Part shown: piece by piece, positions 36,912 through 43,393 of the stretch
Layout of the letters: each line of letters starts with the position of its first letter
Numbering within the stretch: position 1 is the stretch's first letter
Assembly (NCBI RefSeq): GCF_001194135.2
Contig: NC_068986.1
Coordinates: 32,845,070 to 32,888,462 of the forward strand
Direction: 5' to 3'
Origin: Octopus bimaculoides
Lineage: Eukaryota
DNA: 43,393 nucleotides
Notes under the pieces: generated by a model
Told to the model about the DNA's origin: nothing
The model's input: the letters and a program-made list of their open reading frames with translations, nothing else
The model's database searches: none
Position numbers and translations under genes: made by a program

Positions 36912-37846
36912 GTATGTGACTGATACATGAATCAATAAAATTGGTAAACAACAAAGAAATATAATATATAAATGGCAACTCAAAATAGATGTTGTTGATT
37001 TTTTGCCGTTGTTGTTATTCATTTTTTTTTTGTCTTGTCTTTAAACACCAAATTTAACGAAACAAAATAAACAGAATATAACTAAGATGGCGATCGTCAA
37101 TGGCGGGAATAGCCTTCTAACTGAAGTTGAGTACGTGCGAATTTTTATATCATTTATTTCACGCTCGGAAGCCAGTCGCCAAGAATGACGTGTCTCGCTG
37201 ATTGCTAACCAGATGTGTTAAAAAAAGAGACCTACTTAACGCAGTCGCTTCTGTCGATAGACAGACACGAGGCATAAGCATGCTATCGAAATTAAATGTT
37301 GCCTCCTATTCTATCTTTGGTTATCTCAATAGACGAAAGTTAAAAAGAATTCGTGAATAATGGAAGAAGGAGAAGAAGAAGAAGAAAAAGATAGGGAAAT
37401 AGATGAAAGAAAAAGAAAAAAAGGTGAGGGTAATATTTGGAACGCAACATCAGTGATAGCAACAATAACAAGCATGAAATCAGAAATATATATACATATA
37501 TAAAAAAAGTGGGGAAACACGTTAGAAAAAATTTGCAACAGGAATACGAACCTAAACGACACGAAAATTAACAAGTGTAGATAGCAAATGAGAAACTAAA
37601 TATACAGGACAAAAATAATACGTTAATAATCGCAACAATACAGTTGAGGAGGGGTTTGCAACAAACAGTAAAAAATAACTGTAATAACAGAAGCGATTGC
37701 AACACGTCGTCGTCGTCGTCGTCGTCATCATCATCATCATCATCATCAACAACAAAATCTTTTGTTGCCGACGTTATCATCTTTCTCATTGTCATTGTCA
37801 TCGTTATCATCATCGTCGTCGTTGTCGTCGTCATCATTATCATCGT

Positions 37847-37878
<32 letters not shown>

Positions 37879-37910
37879 CCATCACCATCATCATCATCAT
37901 CATCATCATC

Positions 37911-37942
<32 letters not shown>

Positions 37943-38274
37943 TATCACCATCACCATCATCATCACCACCNNNNNNNNNNNNNNNNNNNNNNNNNNNNNN
38001 NNNNNNNNNNNNNNNNNNNNNNNNNNNNNNNNNNNNNNNNNNNNNNNNNNNNNNNNNNNNNNNNNNNNNNNNNNNNNNNNNNNNNNNNNNNNNNNNNNNN
38101 NNNNNNNNNNNNNNNNNNNNNNNNNNNNNNNNNNNNNNNNNNNNNNNNNNNNNNNNNNNNNNNNNNNNNNNNNNNNNNNNNNNNNNNNNNNNNNNNNNNN
38201 NNNNNNNNNNNNNNNNNNNNNNNNNCGTCATCGTCGTCGTCATCATCGTCATCATCATCATCATCACCACCACC

Positions 38275-38308
<34 letters not shown>

Positions 38309-39104
38309 TCAGTATAATTATTGTCATCAACCGGATTTTGCAGCAGCGGCAGTGCGAATACTGGCATTACGAATAACAATACCAGCAAAAGCAAACGTCA
38401 AAAAGTAAAAATAAAATAAATAAATAAAAAGAAAACCAACTCCTTCGACAGGGAGGGAGGAGAAGGCGAATTATATGAAAAACAGGGCATAATCATTGAA
38501 ATGTTCTCAATGAGGAATTTCCTACCAAAAAAGGAGTCTGAAGACACTCATCTAAATTTTTGTCAATTTTCTCTGCGCTTTACACTTGTTATTAATAGCG
38601 AATTGCATTTTGCTCAGAATCATTATGCGACACACATACCACACATACGGATATATAGACGAGCACGTGCGTGTGTTCACGAGTGCAAACACACATAAAC
38701 ATACCCAGACGTACGAACAGAAGCACGGGCATTCACAACAGAAAAACACGCAGTCAATCACACATGTTCACATATGTTTAGATACATCTATGTCCTTATA
38801 TATATATATATATATATNNNNNNNNNNNNNNNNNNNNNNNNNNNNNNNNNNNNNNNNNNNNNNNNNNNNNNNNNNNNNNNNNNNNNNNNNNNNNNNNNNN
38901 NNNNNNNNNNNNNNNNNNNNNNNNNNNNNNNNNNNNNNNNNNNNNNNNNNNNNNNNNNNNNNNNNNNNNNNNNNNNNNNNNNNNNNNNNNNNNNNNNNNN
39001 NNNNNNNNNNNNNNNNNNNNNNNNNNNNNNNNNNNNNNNNNNNNNTGTGTGTGTGTAAACATACATACATTGATACATATATATACATATACGCATGTAT
39101 ATAC

Positions 39105-39173
<69 letters not shown>

Positions 39174-39326
39174 TAGATAGATACACATATATATGTATAA
39201 AAGTATACAAGCAGATGCTTATATGCACAAATGCACGCTTATCTCTCTCTACCTAGATTATCTCTCTATCTATGTAGCTCCGTATGTCTATGTGTGTGTG
39301 TGTGTGTGTTTGTTTGTGTTTGCGTA

Positions 39327-39394
<68 letters not shown>

Positions 39395-40299
39395 ACAACA
39401 TATACGTACACAAGTGTGTGTGAGCGTGTAAGCAAGTGTGTATGTATGTATGTATGTATGTATGTATGTATGTATATATATGTATATATATACATTACTT
39501 TATATACATGCATAGGTATATGTATATATTCAACTCACCCAAATAGTTTGATATATGATATATAGAGTTTCAGATATTTCCGCGTATTATTTTGTGTTTG
39601 TGTTCGTGTGTGTGTGTGTATGCGTGTGCGCGTGTGTGTGTATGCGTGTGCGCGTGTGTGTGTATGCGTGTGCGCGTGTGTGTGTTTGTGAACGTCTTCT
39701 CCGTATGTGCATGTTTATATATATATATATGTTTATATATATATGCAAACATATTGTAAATTATTTCTTCCTATTCTTTCTTCGACACTTTTTATTTGCC
39801 CCACTGATTTTTTTACTTCTTCACATGCACTCTCTCCCCACCCCATCACTCTCCCTCTCTTCTAACTCTCTCTCTTCCTCTTTTCCTTTTTTCTCTCACT
39901 TTCTTCCTTATCCCTTTTTCCTCCTCCTCCTCCTCCTCCTCTCTCTCTTTCGCTTTCTGTTTTATTAATTGTCTGACATTTCCTCTTCATCGTTCAGTCT
40001 CTCATCCACTCACCTACACCTTTAATAACTCGTCATATACATCGACAACACCGCCTCCTCCGCTACCACCATTCTCTCTTCACCTCTCCCACTTGTCACT
40101 CTATATTTCCGAGCAATTTTTCATAATATCCTTCATTATAACTTCTTAATATATATGTGTGTGTGCATATTTTAGTGTGTATATGTATGTATGTACATAT
40201 ATGCATATACACATACTTATATCATGCATTATTCATACATAGATACATATATACATACTTATATATGTATGTATATATTATATATGTATTGTATATACA

Positions 40300-40383
<84 letters not shown>

Positions 40384-40979
40384 TGCACGTGTGTGTGCAT
40401 ACATATGCATATATATATATATATATATATATATGAGCATATATAAGTCTACATAGGTGTATGCAGGTGTATGTATATATATATATATATATATATATTA
40501 TTTATATATGCATTCACATCTTCGTAGATAAGTACATACCTACCTACATCCGTCCATCCATCAATCCATCTATCCATCCATCCATCCATACATACATACA
40601 TACATACATACATACATACACATTTCAACTTATTGTCATTAAGTCCTTCCCTCACCTCGCACCTCATGCGGTAATTTCAGATCGCTTCATTTCAAAGGCT
40701 GACGACCCTGCATTACTATGTTATTATAGACATTTAGCTTTATGACAAATTAATGACAATGAAGAAAAGAAAATAACTCTTCTTCACGACGCAGCTCTTC
40801 AGCAAACCGTATTACCTTTATTGTCAAATTTGTGATTAAATTTCATTAGAGAGTTTCTGTATTTTTTACTCTCTTTACTGAATATAGATACACGAAATCA
40901 TAGATACGTATGTGCATATCGGTAAAATATATGCATATATTTTATGCATGCATGTATACAGAGCTCACTATCTTGCTAG

Positions 40980-41014
<35 letters not shown>

Positions 41015-41342
41015 TATATATGAATGTATGCGGTGTGTGTATATATATATGTATATATAAATATATATTCATGCCTATATATAAGTGTTTGTTTGCATGT
41101 GTGTTTGTGTGTATGTGTGTGCGTGTGTGCGCGCGTGTGTGCGTGCGCGCGCGTGTGTGTGTGTGCGCGCGTGTGTGTATGATACAGTCTAAAATAGATA
41201 GATCGATAGACAGACCGACAGATAAATCAATCAGATGTTATACAGATAGTTCAATATATTAGTTAGATATATGATATCATCGGAAGTTAAATCCACAATT
41301 ATCACGGACGTATCTAAAGTCGCAAACATAGAATACTTCGTT

Positions 41343-41417
<75 letters not shown>

Positions 41418-41889
41418 AGCAACAACAATAACAACAATCATAACAACAACAACGACAATGATGACAACAACAGCAGTAACAATAATAACCTGCTAGAGGA
41501 AATATTTAATGTCGGCAAATCAGGTGTGAAGTTATGTTGTACTGAGTGACTTTAGCAAAAAGCTTCTCGATAAATTAACTTTCTCGTCTTAATTGTAGAA
41601 ACCAAATAGAAAAGTAATTGAAATTGGTAATGTCTGTTAAAGAATAAATGGATATAATTTTAAGGATGGAAAAGGCTTATGAGGCAAAATTTAAATTAGA
41701 GGAAATTTGGAATTTTGCTGCCAGAAAAAAAAAAAAAGAAACTTGCAGCTGAGTAAATGTTTCTATGTTATTTGATCTTTATAGCTAATTTTAATCAAAA
41801 TAATATCTCCTTAACTAGTTCCTAAAAATTTTGCACATACAAAATAATTACGAATAATGCTCACTTATATCTAAGGAAAATAACATATT

Positions 41890-42203
41890 CATTTACTTGT
41901 TTCTATCACTTTGACTGCGGCCATGCCGGAGGACCGACTTTAGTCGAACAAATCGACCCTAGGACTTACTCTTTGTAAACCTAGTACATATTCTATCGGT
42001 CTTACTTGCTGAACCGCTAGATTACAGGGACGTAAACATAACAGCTTCTGTTATCAACTTATAGGGACGGTGGGGGGGGGGAAACAAATACAGACACACA
42101 AACATATATATACGTACATACGACAGGCTTCTTTCAGTTTCCTTCGACAATATCCACTCACAAGGTTTTGGTTGACCCGAGGCTATAGAAGAAGACACCT
42201 GCC
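41890..42203 (-). mobile_element. SINE family C, head truncated
   Basis: ttgactgcggccatgccggaggaccgactttagtcgaacaaatcgaccc ... tccactcacaaggttttggttgacccgaggctatagaagaagacacctgcc. Confidence 0.85.
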
Positions 42204-42295
42204 TAGCAAACTCTCCACCTTAATAAAGTGATGATGATGATGACGATGATGATGATGATGATAATCACTTTTAGTCATCCATAGCCATCAATTTT

Positions 42296-43140
42296 ATGGC
42301 TATGGATGACTAAAAGTGATTTAAAACCGGAAACGGAGGCTCAAATCTGTGCTGCCCAAGAGCAAGCACTAAGAACGAATTACTTCAAATACAGAATAGA
42401 CAACACATCAGAAAGTGATAATTGCAGAATTTGTGAACAAAATGGTGAAACCGAATGGCATATTACAAGTCAATGTATACCACTAACCCAGAAAGAATAT
42501 AAGAGACGTCAAGATAATATAGCAAGGATTGTCCATTGGAATCTTTGCAACAAGTATGGATTTGACAGAGCAAAAAAGTGGTACGAACGTAAACCCGAAG
42601 GCATCAACGAAAAGGATGATGCAAAGATCCTATGAGATTTTATGATTCAATGCGACAATGAGATAGAAAATAGGAAGTCAGACATAGTGTTAATTGAGAA
42701 AGAAAGCAAACGATGCTGGGTCATAGATACAGCATGCACAGGTATACGATAAGGAAGAAAGAAAAGTCGATAGATACGACAGGTTAGCTTGGGAGGTAAA
42801 GCAGTTGTGAAGGTAAAGCTGAAAAAGGTGGTAACAGTACCAATAACTGTCGGAGCCCTAGGAACATTGAGTAAAAATCTCGAGAAGTACATGGAACAAA
42901 TAGGGCTGCAATAAGGGTGGAGCACTTGCAGAAAACAGCACTGCTTGGAACAGCTCGAATACTCCGGAAGGTACGCCAAAAATAAGAGGTGTTACCTTAG
43001 TTCACTGGTAGTGAATAGCTGACTTTGTAGTACATCTCCAGCGATAGAAGCTGTGCAAAGACAATAAGTAATGATGATGATAATGATGATGATGATGATA
43101 ATGATGATGATGATGATGATGATAATAATAATAATAATAA
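42296..43140 (+). mobile_element. R4/Dong-clade non-LTR retrotransposon, 5'-truncated: zinc knuckle, restriction-like endonuclease, 3' UTR and (TGA/TAA)n tail
   Basis: WMTKSDLKPETEAQICAAQEQALRTNY...CRICEQNGETEWHITSQC (CCHC, 42423-42476)...YKRRQDNIARIVHW...KIL*DFMIQCD...RKSDIVLIEKESKRCWVID (PD..D-type endonuclease)...VPITVGALG...LQKTALLGTARILRK; coding region ends about 42985; later frameshifts. Confidence 0.93.
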
Positions 43141-43363
43141 TAGAGTCAAAATTAAAAGAAGAGTGCCATTTGCTATCTTGTGAACAATATTTCGACATCT
43201 CGCGTGTCTTCCACTGGTTCAAAAAATAAATTTGTCAATCTACTTCATTTTGGTTAATATAGAAAGGATTGAGGTAACTCCTCCTGAAGATATAGAGTCA
43301 AAATTAAAAGAAGAGTGCCATTTGCTATCTTGTGAACAATATTGATTTTGACTCTATATCTTC
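43140..43363 (-). mobile_element. Penelope-like pLTR remnant with partial tandem and inverted duplication
   Basis: 52-bp direct repeat (43140-43191 and 43292-43343), 19-bp inverted repeat (43286-43304 and 43345-43363) and a hammerhead-like fold sharing tgaacaatatttcgaca with 14074-14090. Confidence 0.55.
43181..43221 (-). ncRNA. Degenerate minimal hammerhead-like motif, C3-G8
   Basis: Minus strand UGAAC-CAGUGGA-A-GACA-cgcgaga-UGUC-GAAA-UAU-U-GUUCA; U4 to A and A6 to U substitutions suggest it is inactive. Confidence 0.45.
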
Positions 43364-43393
43364 TTCCGTTTCTTTTTTGCTTTCATTCAGTAC

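Overview
AT-rich animal (metazoan) DNA, very dense in microsatellites, from a gapped short-read assembly (19 N-runs, most flanked by (TA)n or (CA)n). The tRNA-derived SINE families resemble ones I recall from octopus genomes, so the source is probably a coleoid cephalopod (inference, not verified). No host protein-coding gene can be supported: almost all supplied ORFs are translations of simple repeats or gaps. The window is a transposon graveyard: two tail-to-tail Helitrons, a Hero/R2-like RT fossil, about 17 SINE copies from four families (A-D are my labels), hAT and mariner fossils, a piggyBac-like MITE, and a 5'-truncated R4/Dong LINE with a perfect 26-bp fold-back at its 5' junction. Two observations stand out. 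(1) A decayed Penelope-like retroelement in which a Ulp1/SENP-type (C48) cysteine protease domain lies directly upstream of the PLE N-terminal motif and RT, apparently once a single ORF. (2) Three sequence-divergent minimal type-I hammerhead-ribozyme-like folds whose catalytic-core positions 3 and 8 covary as G-C, U-A and C-G.
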